A stretch of DNA of 64,000 nucleotides from Oligoflexia bacterium (GTDB lineage: Bacteria; Bdellovibrionota; UBA1018): the NCBI GenBank assembly GCA_014378465.1, contig JACMNQ010000021.1, positions 4,898 to 68,897 of the forward strand. Reading direction: 5' to 3'. Positions within the stretch are counted from its first letter, which is position 1; the number at the start of each line of letters is the position of its first letter. Under the pieces are notes generated by a model. That model was given only the letters and a program-made list of their open reading frames with translations, did no database searches and was not told the origin of the DNA. Positions 20,301 to 29,685 of this stretch are shown here, one piece after another. Both the position numbers and the translations under genes were made by a program.

Positions 20301-20825
20301 GACCAGAAGGAAGGAAAGTTCGGCTTCAAACGTTTCAGCATCCGCCGGGCTGAAATAACCCATTTTCTCGCCCGAAACACGCAAAGTGTGCGCGACGCGT
20401 CTGACAACCTGACGTATCGAGACTTCGTGACCGGTCTGGGGAACCCCTGCCTTGCGGAAGTATTTGGAGACCAGGATGTCAATGGCAAGCTGTGACCAGC
20501 CTGCAGGCACTTCGACATCTTTCATTTCAAAGACGCTCTTGCCGTCCACGTCTTTGATCTTGGAGGAGGACTTGATGTACTCCACCTGAGTCATGGGATC
20601 GACCCCTGCCTGAGTGAAATGACGCGCAAAGGATACCGTGCTGCCCTTCTGAAAATTGAAAGTCGTCGAGTCAGCGGTGTTCACAGAATTCGAAGAAAGG
20701 TGCGACGCCTTCTTGGTCTTGTCCATCGACTTCCCTGCTTTCAGATTCAGAGCGTTTGCGACTTTGGCTTTGGTGGTCATTTTTTCGTTCAGCAAGCTAC
20801 CTTCTGGGGTGGTCATCTGGTCCAT
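17394..20825 (-). CDS. nrdJ: Class II (adenosylcobalamin-dependent) ribonucleotide reductase
   Basis: Motifs FNSPVWFN, QCSACFI, NASNPCSEYMFLDDTACNL (radical Cys) and APTGTIG. C-terminal TSCPD-like domain (GEIFIDM..KEG) and zinc ribbon CDGCG..CLNCG. GGAG RBS before the ATG. Confidence 0.95.
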   Translation of the reverse strand: MDQMTTPEGSLLNEKMTTKAKVANALNLKAGKSMDKTKKASHLSSNSVNTADSTTFNFQKGSTVSFARHFTQAGVDPMTQVEYIKSSSKIKDVDGKSVFEMKDVEVPAGWSQLAIDILVSKYFRKAGVPQTGHEVSIRQVVRRVAHTLRVSGEKMGYFSPADAETFEAELSFLLVNQMGAFNSPVWFNLGLYHEYAIEGSGGNFAWDTEALRIVETKNAYSHPQCSACFIQSVDDDLMGLFQLAKNEARLFKYGSGTGTNFSKIRGNQEKLAGGGYSSGLISFLEVLDKGAGATKSGGTTRRAAKMVCLDMDHPEIMDFITWKMREERKVAALIAAGYSSDFNGEAYRTVAGQNSNNSIRVSDDFMHAVEKGGKWNTTARTTGEVINTYEAKEMWKTVAQAAWSCADPGLQYDTTINEWHTCLNTSRINASNPCSEYMFLDDTACNLSSLNLVKFMKKDGSFDIESYRKACRVFIVAQEILVDLSSYPTEQIAQNSHDYRPLGLGYANLGTMLMLKGIPYDSDEGRAWAAALTSIMCGHAYAVSAEEAGTLGAFPGFEKNREPMLNVMNRHRNAAYEIDATKCPAELVTAAQQEWDRAVALGEKYGYRNSQVTVLAPTGTIGLLMDCDTTGVEPDFALVKFKKLAGGGYFKIVNGSVPAALKNLGYTAAQTSDIIRHVLGTMNLDGAPHGSPVVNREFLKSKGMADSDISKIEKALPGTFELSSAFTKLGVGEEALKKMGIVAVDYDKSTFNLLTWAGLTYAQIDEANTVICGTMTVEGAPHIKDEHLAVFDCANKCGQKGTRFIAPMGHVRMMAAVQPFLSGAISKTVNLPNETTVEEIQDIYYQGWKLGLKAVALYRDGCKLSQPLTTKTSKEDSLESRDAKNSTAAEKAAKTDKSTQTVAMSTQANTGTQGASQGSLMTFAPVRRKLPAKRLGFTQEAAVAGHKVYIRTGEYEDGALGEIFIDMHKEGAAYRSMMNCFAISVSLGLQYGVPLKEFVDKFTFTRFEPSGIVDGHPNVKMATSIIDYIFRVLGLEYLGRTDFVQVKPIDITADKNSAAATYPKNPSAQIVSGTLPGVDPQLELKIQAPSNALGANEVSGGGQAQHLAEMMGDAPPCDGCGHTTVRNGACYKCLNCGNSMGCS

Positions 20826-21056
20826 GATCAGTTCTCCGAACTGTTAAATTTTCATCTCATGCCGAAGCGATTACTCGCTGCAGCAAAAAACTCAGTCTTC
20901 CTTTTTTGTTTTCTCGCCTACGCAGAACTTACGCATTGACTACATCTCCATCGCGTGCCTGCTTCAAGCGCCCTTCAGCTCCCGGGAATGCCTCCAAAAA
21001 CTGCTCTCTCCCAGTAGATTGAGAATGAACGGTTTCTAGGGCTCTGTCAAAAACAA

Positions 21057-21110
21057 CCACTACCTATTGTGGTACCTCCTAGTATACACCCCAAGGAATA
21101 GACATTTCAA
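21057..21110 (-). promoter_or_regulatory. nrdJ sigma70 promoter overlapped by tandem NrdR boxes
   Basis: TTGAAA-N18-TATACT at 21110-21081 (minus strand). Near-palindromic box CCACTACCTATTGTGG at 21057-21072 and a degenerate second box CCCCAAGGAATAGACA at 21089-21104, 32 bp apart, as is typical of NrdR box pairs. Confidence 0.65.
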
Positions 21111-21351
21111 CCAGTCTTAGCCCGCGATCTCTAAGCGCTTTTCGACGTCTTTCTGAGTCACCGACCGGCTATTTAAAAATTAAGGCGCATTGCATAATGC
21201 AGGATTTAGCCGCTCAGTTGTCCCTGAATTGGCGCTGCTGGTAGACAGCGATACCCTTCATTAACCGGGTTTAACCGTTCACATAAAAAGAAGCGGCAGT
21301 CTCTCCTGATTGGACATCTGGACCCACCTGAAAGCAGACCTCAACTGAACG

Positions 21352-21392
21352 AAAAAGAGCTCCCCCATCCAGCGGATGTGAGGAGCTTCTTT
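21352..21392 (-). terminator. Terminator (probably bidirectional) ending the prkA...ATP-grasp operon
   Basis: Hairpin aagagctcc-catcc..ggatg-ggagcttctt flanked by A and T tracts. Confidence 0.7.
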
Positions 21393-21418
21393 GAATGGAA
21401 TGATGTCACGGATTCATC

Positions 21419-21694
21419 TCATTTTTCGTTCTCACCCGGGCAGGCCTGGAGTTGCCCAAGGAGCGTATCGATGGCCTGCTGTTCCTGATGATTGATTTGC
21501 GAAATCATCGCCAGGATTGCGGGCCCTGAATTTCGCTTGAAAAAAATTTTGAGCGGCATCGCGGGCCAATCGGGCATCAGTGCTGAAAAATCGGAAGAGC
21601 AGGAAATTTGTGCAGGCAGATTCGGTCCAGCCATGTTGGGTCCCGGAGCGTTTGGACAAGGCGCCGTACGCCCCCTGAACAGCCGCGATGTCAC
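21419..21694 (-). CDS. Possible small hypothetical protein
   Basis: Only support is position: it fills the gap between the ATP-grasp stop and the terminator. No motif recognised. Confidence 0.2.
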   Translation of the reverse strand: MTSRLFRGRTAPCPNAPGPNMAGPNLPAQISCSSDFSALMPDWPAMPLKIFFKRNSGPAILAMISQINHQEQQAIDTLLGQLQACPGENEK

Positions 21695-21737
21695 CGTGAC
21701 TGACGAGGGAAACGCCGTTGCACGTGCAGTGCTGGAA

Positions 21738-22739
21738 CTAGACTCCCGACAGACTGATCATCTTGGCGATGAGCTCATCGTAAGGGATGTCGGCTTTGGC
21801 GGCCGAGAGCGCGAAATCATCTTCTTTCGCGATCGAGGGATTGGGATTGGCTTCGAGGAAAACGAATTCGCCATTCGGCTTGAGTCTCAGATCAATGCGG
21901 CCGTAGCCCCTGAGCTGAAGCGTGCGGTAGATCTTCTTGCAGGCTTCAAGCATTTCTTCGAGGACATCGGCCGGGATCGAGGCGGCGGGACCATTCCTGA
22001 TCCCCCACTTCTTGCGGTAATCATCATTCCACTTCGCCCGGAAAGTCGCGATTTTAGGCTCTCCCTCCGGCACTTCCTTGAAGAAAAGCTCTCGCGGCGG
22101 AAAAGCGTTGAGGCGCTCATTGCCCAGCACGCCGACGTAGAGTTCACGCCCGTCGATGAATTCTTCGATGATCGCGTCGGCTTCGAATTTTTCATGAATG
22201 AACTGCACCCGGTCGAGAGTGTCGGCCAGATTTTCAGTCAGAGAAACCTGCGAGATGCCTTCTGAGGCTTCGAGCTGAAGGGGCTTCACGAAAGCGGGAT
22301 ACGGAAAATCCTCCAGCTCCTTCGGACTCTGGCCTTTCTTGACGACTTCAAAACGCGGGACACGAATCCCCTGATAGGCAAGCAGCTTCTTCGTCAGCCC
22401 CTTGTCCTTGCAGAGCGTGAGGGCGCCTGGCCCCGCCCCCGTGTATTTGAGGCCGAGAAGTTCAAAGAGTGAGGGTAAATGCGGCTCAAACCTGCGGTCT
22501 CCGTTGAAAGCTTCGCTCAGGTTGAAAATGAGGTCGGGCCGTTCATTCTTGATCTCATGAATGAACGGATCAATATCGTCATGAATGCCGAAGGCCTTGG
22601 CCGTGTGCCCGAGCTTCTTCAGCGTCTCCAGCACGTGCGCTTCATTTTCCCAGTCATCGGTTTTCATGTAGTCCGCGTAGTCTTCGGGCATGAGCGGAAT
22701 GGAGAGATCAAATACGAGCAGAATTTTCAAGGGGCGCAT
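21738..22739 (-). CDS. D-Ala-D-Ala ligase-like ATP-grasp peptide ligase
   Basis: Motifs DLIFNLSE, YTGAGP..LTLCKDK, FVKP..EASEGI, IIEEFIDGRE and GYGRIDLRL..VFLEANPNP. The N-terminus lacks the housekeeping Ddl GGxSxEHEVS motif. Confidence 0.85.
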   Translation of the reverse strand: MRPLKILLVFDLSIPLMPEDYADYMKTDDWENEAHVLETLKKLGHTAKAFGIHDDIDPFIHEIKNERPDLIFNLSEAFNGDRRFEPHLPSLFELLGLKYTGAGPGALTLCKDKGLTKKLLAYQGIRVPRFEVVKKGQSPKELEDFPYPAFVKPLQLEASEGISQVSLTENLADTLDRVQFIHEKFEADAIIEEFIDGRELYVGVLGNERLNAFPPRELFFKEVPEGEPKIATFRAKWNDDYRKKWGIRNGPAASIPADVLEEMLEACKKIYRTLQLRGYGRIDLRLKPNGEFVFLEANPNPSIAKEDDFALSAAKADIPYDELIAKMISLSGV

Positions 22740-22776
22740 TCATCAACCTTTTTTCGTAAACCTTTCCTTCGCACGT

Positions 22777-23904
22777 TCAAACCGTCCTTTTGAATTTGCC
22801 AGTGAAGAGATAATTGGTCACCAGCGTGGCCAGATACGCAGCCACTTCGAGGCTGGTCTGGGTTTCACTCTTTCCCGTCTTCAGTTCGAGTTTTTCACAG
22901 CGAGTGGTCACTTTGTCGATGAGCTTGTGGACCGTGTACTTGCGCTCCCCGCTCCAATGACTCACGCTTTCAACGATGATCTTGCGGTGGCGCTTCATGA
23001 AGACCGCAGCACCGTGTTCACGCTTGGAGAGTTCAGGTGCTCCATCGAAGATTCGCTTCAGATCCGGATCGTAGAAGTCCGGATACTCCTCTGCCCGTTC
23101 CTTGCGCTTTTTATTGTAGTAATGCTCCAGCGTCGTCTTCATGCGTGAAGCCGAGAAGGGCAGGTAGCCGCCCTCGCCTCCAGGCTCCTTGTTCCTCACC
23201 GATTTCACGAGCTCGTCAACGTACTCCAGTTTGGAGAGAGCCACGGGCCAGTGCGCGTATTCGGCCTTCCACAGCGGGATGATCCTGCCCAGGGCGCCGT
23301 CCTGTCCCTCTTGAGCGAGTTGCGCTGCATCCTCGACCGGGAACCCGGACGAGGTGAGCCACACGGCGAACGTTTCGGCGAAATCCTCATCGGGATGAGC
23401 CTGGGCATACCAGTTGTCGAGGTGCCGGACGAAACTCTTGCTGTGAGGTCTCGGGCGATAGGTCTCGGGAGCGTACTCCTGATTCGGCGGACCAAAGAGT
23501 TCTCGCCAGCGCTTGCGGGGCGAGAACCGGTAAGCGTGATCAAAGCAGTGCCCGGCTTCATGACGAATCAGCTTCTTGAAGTACTCGGGGTCATCCCCTT
23601 CGACTTCAAACATGAGCTTCTTCTCCAGTGCAATGAGCCTGGGGTGAGCCAGATAGAAGGGCACCGCGATCGCTACCATGCCTTCAGGACTGAACCACTC
23701 GTCTCCCAGATAGACCTTGGGCTTGAACCTGAATCCCCTCGTCTCAAGCTCCGCATGAAAGGACTGGATCCGGGACTCAAGCTCAGAACCCTCGATTTTA
23801 AGCCCTAAATCACAGATCTTGAGCTTGAGGAGCTCCTCGTCCTTCAGCGTGCTCCACTCCGCAGCGTCGAGGCCTGGCATCGACTTTGACTTTAACTTTG
23901 CCAT
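22777..23904 (-). CDS. Putative zinc-binding metallopeptidase (zincin, HExxH)
   Basis: Motifs LIRHEAGHCFDHAY and YAQAHPDEDFAETFAVWL. ATG 23904 preferred over ORF start 24057, which overlaps SUI1. Confidence 0.8.
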   Translation of the reverse strand: MAKLKSKSMPGLDAAEWSTLKDEELLKLKICDLGLKIEGSELESRIQSFHAELETRGFRFKPKVYLGDEWFSPEGMVAIAVPFYLAHPRLIALEKKLMFEVEGDDPEYFKKLIRHEAGHCFDHAYRFSPRKRWRELFGPPNQEYAPETYRPRPHSKSFVRHLDNWYAQAHPDEDFAETFAVWLTSSGFPVEDAAQLAQEGQDGALGRIIPLWKAEYAHWPVALSKLEYVDELVKSVRNKEPGGEGGYLPFSASRMKTTLEHYYNKKRKERAEEYPDFYDPDLKRIFDGAPELSKREHGAAVFMKRHRKIIVESVSHWSGERKYTVHKLIDKVTTRCEKLELKTGKSETQTSLEVAAYLATLVTNYLFTGKFKRTV

Positions 23905-23912
23905 GGTGTGTA

Positions 23913-24320
23913 TCAGCCTCGGGTTTTGATGTTCTGTTCGGCAAGGTAGCTGCGGATGAATTCGCGGTGATCGCCCTGAATCTCGACGAGTCCACAGCCC
24001 GGCGGAACCCCTGACCTCACAGGTACCTCCACGAGGTAGGTGCCGCCCGAGCCGCACCTGTTCTTGAGCTTCTTGCAGAGATCCTTGAGAAAAAGTTCCT
24101 GTTTCGGAAGTCCGTCGATGACCGTCACGGTCTTCCCGCCGCGCCCGGATTTTTCGATCCGGATGAGTGCCGTGTAGTTGGAAAGTTCCTTCTTTTTGGC
24201 TTTCACGGCCGCTGCCTCATCCTGAACTTTCAGACGCGCGACTTCTTCCGGCTTCTGCTCCGGAAGCTTGACCCTGGCCTCGGCAAGTTTTCCAAAAGGA
24301 TTGTTGAAACTGCCGGACAT
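23913..24320 (-). CDS. yciH: SUI1/eIF1-like translation initiation factor (YciH)
   Basis: IRIEKSGRGGKTVTVIDGL...LKNRCGSGGT...EIQGDHR. Confidence 0.9.
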   Translation of the reverse strand: MSGSFNNPFGKLAEARVKLPEQKPEEVARLKVQDEAAAVKAKKKELSNYTALIRIEKSGRGGKTVTVIDGLPKQELFLKDLCKKLKNRCGSGGTYLVEVPVRSGVPPGCGLVEIQGDHREFIRSYLAEQNIKTRG

Positions 24321-25840
24321 TACAGAAAACGCTCGGTGAATTCGCCGTTCTGGTAACTGAGCAGCTTCTTCTGGCCGTCGACTTCCGTCTCGACGTTCAC
24401 GGGCCGCTTCCAGATCTCGGCCAGCGCCCGCATGGTCTCGCGTGCGTACTTGACGTCCAGGTCGAGCCCCTGATGCTTGTGCCAGAGGAGCAGCTCCCCT
24501 TTGTTGTGATGATTGCCATCCGTGACGTAGATCAGCGGTTGCCCCCGGTTCGTGAGCTGAAAAAGCAGTTTTTCCTTCACTTTTTTGAAATCACGGTCCG
24601 CGATTTCATACTGATTCGTCCGGCGGTTGAACTGGTACGTGTAGAGCTTGAAGCGCTCGACGAATTCTTCCGTGAGGTACTCGTCAATGAAGGTCACATC
24701 GTTGCAGACTTTTCTCACTTCAAAGATCTTCTTGCGGCCGAGGCCAAGTTCCTTGTTCCAGCGGTGCTTCACCATCATGTCGTCGCACTCGTCGTACTCC
24801 TTGCCGAACTTGCCGCGGTCCCAGCGGTCCTCGATGTCGCGGTAGAGTTCAATCCCGATCTTGTAAGGGTTGATCCGACCGGGTTGCATGACCAGGGTGC
24901 CCGCATGGTGATCCGCGAAATCGATGATCTCGGACGCCTTGAGCGCCTTCTGGGTCATGATCTTGGAATGCCAGTAGGAAGCCCAGCCTTCATTCATGAT
25001 CTTCGTCTGGCCCTGGGGAGCGAAGTAATAGGCCTCGTCGCGCACGATCGAGAGCACTTCGCGCTGCCAGTCTTCAAGCGGAGAATTCTCCAGGAGAAAA
25101 AGAAGGACATCTTTCTGAGGCTCAGGCGGATTCTTCCGCGCTTTCTGATTCTGGTCCTTCTGGCGCTGCTTCTGCTCTTCGACGAACTCAGCAGGATTGA
25201 TGTAAGCGTCCATGTACTGGCGAGTGATCTTGAGTTTGCCCACTTCTTCAGCCACTTCAGGCGGCTGCGTGACGGACTCCCGGTGATCAGGCTCATTGGA
25301 GCGCTTGCGCTCGACAAAGGGCAGAAACGGGTCAATCAGAGGTTCCAGAGTCAGACAGCGATCAATGAAATCCTCGACCACTTCCTGGCCATAGCGGTCC
25401 ATGTAATCGCGGATCTTGACGGCGTGATTGGCCATCGTGTCGAGCATCTTGCGGTTGGTTTTTGAGAACCAGTAGTTGTTCTTGAAGAAATCCACGTGCC
25501 CATACACATGAGCCATGACGGTCTTCTGATCAACGAAGTCATTGGCTTTCATGAGGTACGCGTAAGAGGGGTTGGTGTTGATCACCATTTCATAGATCTT
25601 CTGAAGCCCGTACTCATAACCCTTGGAGAGCTGGTCGTAATCCATGCCGAAGCGCCAGTGCGGATAACGCACCGGAAAGCCGCCAAAAGCGGCGAAAGCG
25701 TTGATCTGCTCGTGATCGACCATTTCAAAGATGGTGTCGAAGAAATCAAGGCCGTAGCCCTGAGCGTAGCCCCGGATCTCATCGCGAATCGCCACCAGCT
25801 CAGGAGTCAGATCACTGCTGTTGAAGCCGTAAGAGGACAT
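24320..25840 (-). CDS. spoVR: SpoVR/YcgB family protein
   Basis: Motifs RYPHWRFG, KIYEMVINTNP, HVYGHVDFFKNN, TKIMNEGWASYWH and NPYKIG. Confidence 0.92.
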   Translation of the reverse strand: MSSYGFNSSDLTPELVAIRDEIRGYAQGYGLDFFDTIFEMVDHEQINAFAAFGGFPVRYPHWRFGMDYDQLSKGYEYGLQKIYEMVINTNPSYAYLMKANDFVDQKTVMAHVYGHVDFFKNNYWFSKTNRKMLDTMANHAVKIRDYMDRYGQEVVEDFIDRCLTLEPLIDPFLPFVERKRSNEPDHRESVTQPPEVAEEVGKLKITRQYMDAYINPAEFVEEQKQRQKDQNQKARKNPPEPQKDVLLFLLENSPLEDWQREVLSIVRDEAYYFAPQGQTKIMNEGWASYWHSKIMTQKALKASEIIDFADHHAGTLVMQPGRINPYKIGIELYRDIEDRWDRGKFGKEYDECDDMMVKHRWNKELGLGRKKIFEVRKVCNDVTFIDEYLTEEFVERFKLYTYQFNRRTNQYEIADRDFKKVKEKLLFQLTNRGQPLIYVTDGNHHNKGELLLWHKHQGLDLDVKYARETMRALAEIWKRPVNVETEVDGQKKLLSYQNGEFTERFL

Positions 25841-25868
25841 GGTTCATTTACCTTTCCCGAGGCGCGAT

Positions 25869-26984
25869 CTAGCGCCCTTTGCCCAAGAAGTCCTTGATGG
25901 ACTGCAGGATTCCTTCTTTATTCTCGATCTTCGACAGAATCACCGACTCATGATCCCCACCAAACTGTTCTTTCAGATCCTTGTAGAACTGACCCGAACC
26001 GTAGCGCGATTCGACCTGGCCGTAACAGAACACATTGGTCTTGGCCAAAAGGCTCTTCTGCAGGAGATCCATGCAGACCCGGGTGTCTTCGCCCGACCAG
26101 TTGTCTCCATCCGAGAAATGAAAGGGATAGATGTTCCACTCCGAGGGCGAGTAGTCCGTATCAATGATCTTTTCACAGAGCTTGTAGGCCGAACTGATCA
26201 GGGTTCCGCCCGATTCGCGAGTCTTGAAGAAGGTCTGCTCATCCACTTCACGAGCGGTCGCGTCGTGAATGATGTAGCGGGTCTCGATGCCCTTGTACTG
26301 GGACCTGAGCCAGGTATCGATCCAGAAGGCTTCGGTTCGCACGATTTCCTTCTGCTCATCGCCCATGGAACCCGAGACGTCCATCATGTAAATGATGACG
26401 GCGGAATTCTCGTGGCGGACGTCACTCTTCCACGACCGGTAGCGCATGTCCTTCTTGATCGGGATGATCATGGGTTTGTCGGCATCGTAAGTGCCCGAAG
26501 AAATCTGGCGCTTCAGAGTCTCCCGAAACGTGCGTTTGAAATGACGGAGAGAATTGGGCCCCTGATTGGCGATGCCCGTGTATTTGTCGGTTTTGGATTT
26601 GAGGGTCTTGTGACCGCGGGGCTCGATCTTCGGGAGCTCCAGCTGCTCTCCGAGAATTTCGGCCAATTCCTGCAGAGTCAGGTCCACTTCAATCGTGTGC
26701 TCACCGCCCTGATTGCCAGCCTGGCCTTCACCGGGCTGCTCTTCGCCCTGTCCCTGGCCGACGGCATCGCCGGGCTTGCCTTCGCCCTGGCCGACGCCCC
26801 CCTGCTCCTTTTCACCGAAGCGAAAATGAGGGATGTCAATCTGAGGCAATGGGATCGTGACCCTGTCTTTGCCTTTACGGCCGATCATTTCCCCGTGGGT
26901 CACGTATTTTTTGAGGTCCTGCTTGATCTTGCCTTTGACGATCTGTCTGAACCGGGCGTGATCACGCTTGATGTTGTTGCTCAT
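25869..26984 (-). CDS. yeaH: YeaH/YhbH (DUF444) vWA-like protein
   Basis: Motifs [10 protein letters not shown] and FHFSDGDNW, a Gly/Gln-rich linker, and position between prkA and spoVR. Confidence 0.9.
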   Translation of the reverse strand: MSNNIKRDHARFRQIVKGKIKQDLKKYVTHGEMIGRKGKDRVTIPLPQIDIPHFRFGEKEQGGVGQGEGKPGDAVGQGQGEEQPGEGQAGNQGGEHTIEVDLTLQELAEILGEQLELPKIEPRGHKTLKSKTDKYTGIANQGPNSLRHFKRTFRETLKRQISSGTYDADKPMIIPIKKDMRYRSWKSDVRHENSAVIIYMMDVSGSMGDEQKEIVRTEAFWIDTWLRSQYKGIETRYIIHDATAREVDEQTFFKTRESGGTLISSAYKLCEKIIDTDYSPSEWNIYPFHFSDGDNWSGEDTRVCMDLLQKSLLAKTNVFCYGQVESRYGSGQFYKDLKEQFGGDHESVILSKIENKEGILQSIKDFLGKGR

Positions 26985-27075
26985 TATAGTCCTTTGGCTT
27001 TCGCCAAAATAAATGGGATCTCTCGCACCTTCGCACTCTCGCGAAAGGGCAAAAGGCGCGAGAAATTCCCTATTT

Positions 27076-29223
27076 TCAGGACCGTTTCTTCACATCGCCG
27101 CGAGCGAAGATGCTGGCGACGAAGTTCAGAACGTCGGTCGAACAGATTTCACAGTAACCGTTGTTGCGGATCAGGCGGGACTTCACGACATCGATCTTTT
27201 CCTGGGTCTGGCGGTCGACCACATTGGAAACGAGCGACGTCAGCTTGATGGTGTCCTTCTGATCTTCGAACAGCTTGAGCTCGAGCGCCTTGTGCAGGCG
27301 TTCGTTGGTCTTGTAATCAAAGGTACGACCTTCAATCGCCAGAGCGCCGATGTAGTTCATGATTTCGCGGCGGAAATCTTCCTTGCGGCTGTCTGGAATG
27401 TCGATCTTCTCCTCGATCGAACGCATGAGTCTTTCATCCGGCTCCTCGTCCATGCCGGTATACTTGTTCTTCACGCGTTCACGCTGAGTGTAGGCCTTGA
27501 CGTTGTCGATGTAGTTCGCGCACAGCTTGGCAATGGCGTCCTCATCGGCGGAGATCGCGCGCTGGACTTCGTTCTTCACGATGTCCTCGTACTCCTGCTT
27601 CACCATGGCGAGCATTTCGCGGTATTCACGGCGTTTTTCGTCACTGGCGACGAGCGCGTGGTGCTTCAGGCCACCTTCGAGTTCATTCATGACCATGAAA
27701 GGATTCACGCAACCGATCTCACCGTTCTTGTCATTGACGAGAGCGTTGGAAATCTTGTCCTGAATGTAACGAGGGGAAATCCCGTCGAGACCTTCACGGA
27801 CGGCTTCCTTGCGGAGCTCCTTGACGTTGTCTTCAGTGTAGCCGGTGAGCGTCTTGCCGTCGTAGAGCTTCAGTTTCTGAAGCAGGGACAGATTGGCTTT
27901 CTTCGGCTGCTCGAGACGGGTCAGGATGGCCCACATGGCGGCGACTTCGATCGTGTGCGGAGCGATGTGCTTGCCCTTGATCTTGGCGTCGTTGAAGTCC
28001 TTCTCGTAGATCTTCACTTCCTGCTTGAGCTTGGTGATGTAGGGAACATCGATCTTCACGGTGCGATCGCGCAAAGCTTCCATGAACTCATTGTTCTGGA
28101 GCTTCTTGAACTCGGGCTCGTTGGTATGACCGATGATCACCTCGTCGATGTCCGTCTGTGCGAATTTCTTCGGCTTGATCTTGTGCTCCTGGGAAGCGGT
28201 CAGAAGATCGTAGAGAAACGCGACGTCGAGCTTCAGGACTTCGACGAATTCGACGATTCCGCGGTTGGCGACGTTGAATTCGCCGTCGAAGTTGAAAGCG
28301 CGGGGATCGGAATCCGAGCCGTATTCGGCGATCTTGCGGTAATTGATGTCACCGGTCAGCTCGGTCGAATCCTGATTCTTCTCGTCCTTCGGCTGAAACG
28401 TGCCGATCCCGATGCGGTCCTTTTCAGAGAGCACGAGACGGATCACGCGGATGTGATTCATCACCTGGGTCCAGTCGCCCTGGTAGCGCTTCATGAACTC
28501 GCGGTACACGAAACGGCTGGCCGGATCGAGATCCCCCTGGATGTTCACTTTGTAAGTGGCTTTGCTGCTGCGATTGAATTCTTCGCAGATCTTCGAGCGA
28601 AGCTCCTCGGGAACGAGCTTGAGAGGATCCTCGTTCATCGGAGAGCGCATTTCCTTCTGGCCGCCCATGATGTCGCTGAACTCACCCTTGGGATCCACCC
28701 ATTTGAAAGTGTAGAGCGCGCCTTCTTCGGTGCGGGAATAGTTTTCAATGCCCTTCTTCAGAACGCGGGCGATCGTGGATTTCGCCGATCCGACGGGACC
28801 GTGCAGGAGAAGCACGCGCTTTTCAGTTCCATAGCCGAGAGCGGCTGACTTGAAGAAGTGCACAAGCTTCATGATCTGAATGTCCAGACCGAAGACGGCG
28901 TCACGACCGTGGTCAATCGGATCTTCAAAAAATTTGTAACGCACGATATTCTTCTTGTACTCGGTGTACGAAGAAGTTCCGTAAGTGAGAATCATGTCAT
29001 AGGTGCGCTGAAACGCATTGCGCGTGACTGCCGGATTCTTCTTCACGATGTCGAAGTACTCGGCAAGCGAACCTTCCCAGTGAAACTGCTTGTAGTCCTG
29101 GGTCGCGTTCAGTTCACCCAGCATCTTGATCCAGGAAGTGCCGTCGCCGCCCTTGGGACTTTCAGCTCCACCGTCACGCGATGTCATCTTCGTATCTGCC
29201 TTACCACTTGTTTGGTCTGCCAT
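27076..29223 (-). CDS. prkA: PrkA/YeaG AAA+ ATPase (annotated serine protein kinase)
   Basis: Walker [13 protein letters not shown], plus [31 protein letters not shown] and ALRDR. Confidence 0.93.
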   Translation of the reverse strand: MADQTSGKADTKMTSRDGGAESPKGGDGTSWIKMLGELNATQDYKQFHWEGSLAEYFDIVKKNPAVTRNAFQRTYDMILTYGTSSYTEYKKNIVRYKFFEDPIDHGRDAVFGLDIQIMKLVHFFKSAALGYGTEKRVLLLHGPVGSAKSTIARVLKKGIENYSRTEEGALYTFKWVDPKGEFSDIMGGQKEMRSPMNEDPLKLVPEELRSKICEEFNRSSKATYKVNIQGDLDPASRFVYREFMKRYQGDWTQVMNHIRVIRLVLSEKDRIGIGTFQPKDEKNQDSTELTGDINYRKIAEYGSDSDPRAFNFDGEFNVANRGIVEFVEVLKLDVAFLYDLLTASQEHKIKPKKFAQTDIDEVIIGHTNEPEFKKLQNNEFMEALRDRTVKIDVPYITKLKQEVKIYEKDFNDAKIKGKHIAPHTIEVAAMWAILTRLEQPKKANLSLLQKLKLYDGKTLTGYTEDNVKELRKEAVREGLDGISPRYIQDKISNALVNDKNGEIGCVNPFMVMNELEGGLKHHALVASDEKRREYREMLAMVKQEYEDIVKNEVQRAISADEDAIAKLCANYIDNVKAYTQRERVKNKYTGMDEEPDERLMRSIEEKIDIPDSRKEDFRREIMNYIGALAIEGRTFDYKTNERLHKALELKLFEDQKDTIKLTSLVSNVVDRQTQEKIDVVKSRLIRNNGYCEICSTDVLNFVASIFARGDVKKRS

Positions 29224-29685
29224 CTATGTTCTGCCTTCCGTTGCAAGACTTCAGTTTACCGAATCGCTCATTTGAAAAATGGGAAAAAAATGCGGAAAAA
29301 TACGGTGAAAAATTTAAAAAATTTTTCGCACGGGACCGGCCGGAAAAACTGCGCTCATCTGGCCGACTGAAAAACGGGTTGCCCAGGAGACGATCCATGA
29401 TCTCGCGAAGCCTGCCCTGCCTTTCATTTTAGCTTTACAGTCGTTCAGATGTAAAGTTAGTGTATCTTTTAAGTTTCCTGTCATTAACCTGACGCAGTCA
29501 GATCAGGATTGAAGCCCGGGTCCTCTCAAGACTTCAAGGGAACTTCTCTGGGAATCTTCATGAGGGTATATGAAGTCCACAGGAGATGTATATACCCCGG
29601 TCTTACCTGATGATATCAGTGACTTGGAACTGATCTCGAATCTGGAAGTTTAAGCCTGACTTAATTTGGACAAGGACGCTCACTC

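Noticed and set aside
17394-20825. Intein or intron in nrdJ
   Set aside because: The core motifs are contiguous, there are no splice-junction or LAGLIDADG motifs, and the length is explained by the C-terminal TSCPD and zinc-ribbon domains.
20826-21056. Cobalamin riboswitch ahead of the B12-dependent nrdJ
   Set aside because: I could not find the conserved B12-box or core motifs by eye; an Rfam scan would settle it.
21211-21351. 6S-like or other rod-shaped ncRNA (ends cgctcagttg / caactgaacg can pair)
   Set aside because: Pairing does not extend convincingly inward, and no 6S-type central bubble or conserved motifs are seen.
21738-22739. Naming the ATP-grasp gene ddl
   Set aside because: It lacks the canonical Ddl N-terminal motif and sits with a zincin rather than cell-wall genes, so no gene symbol was assigned.
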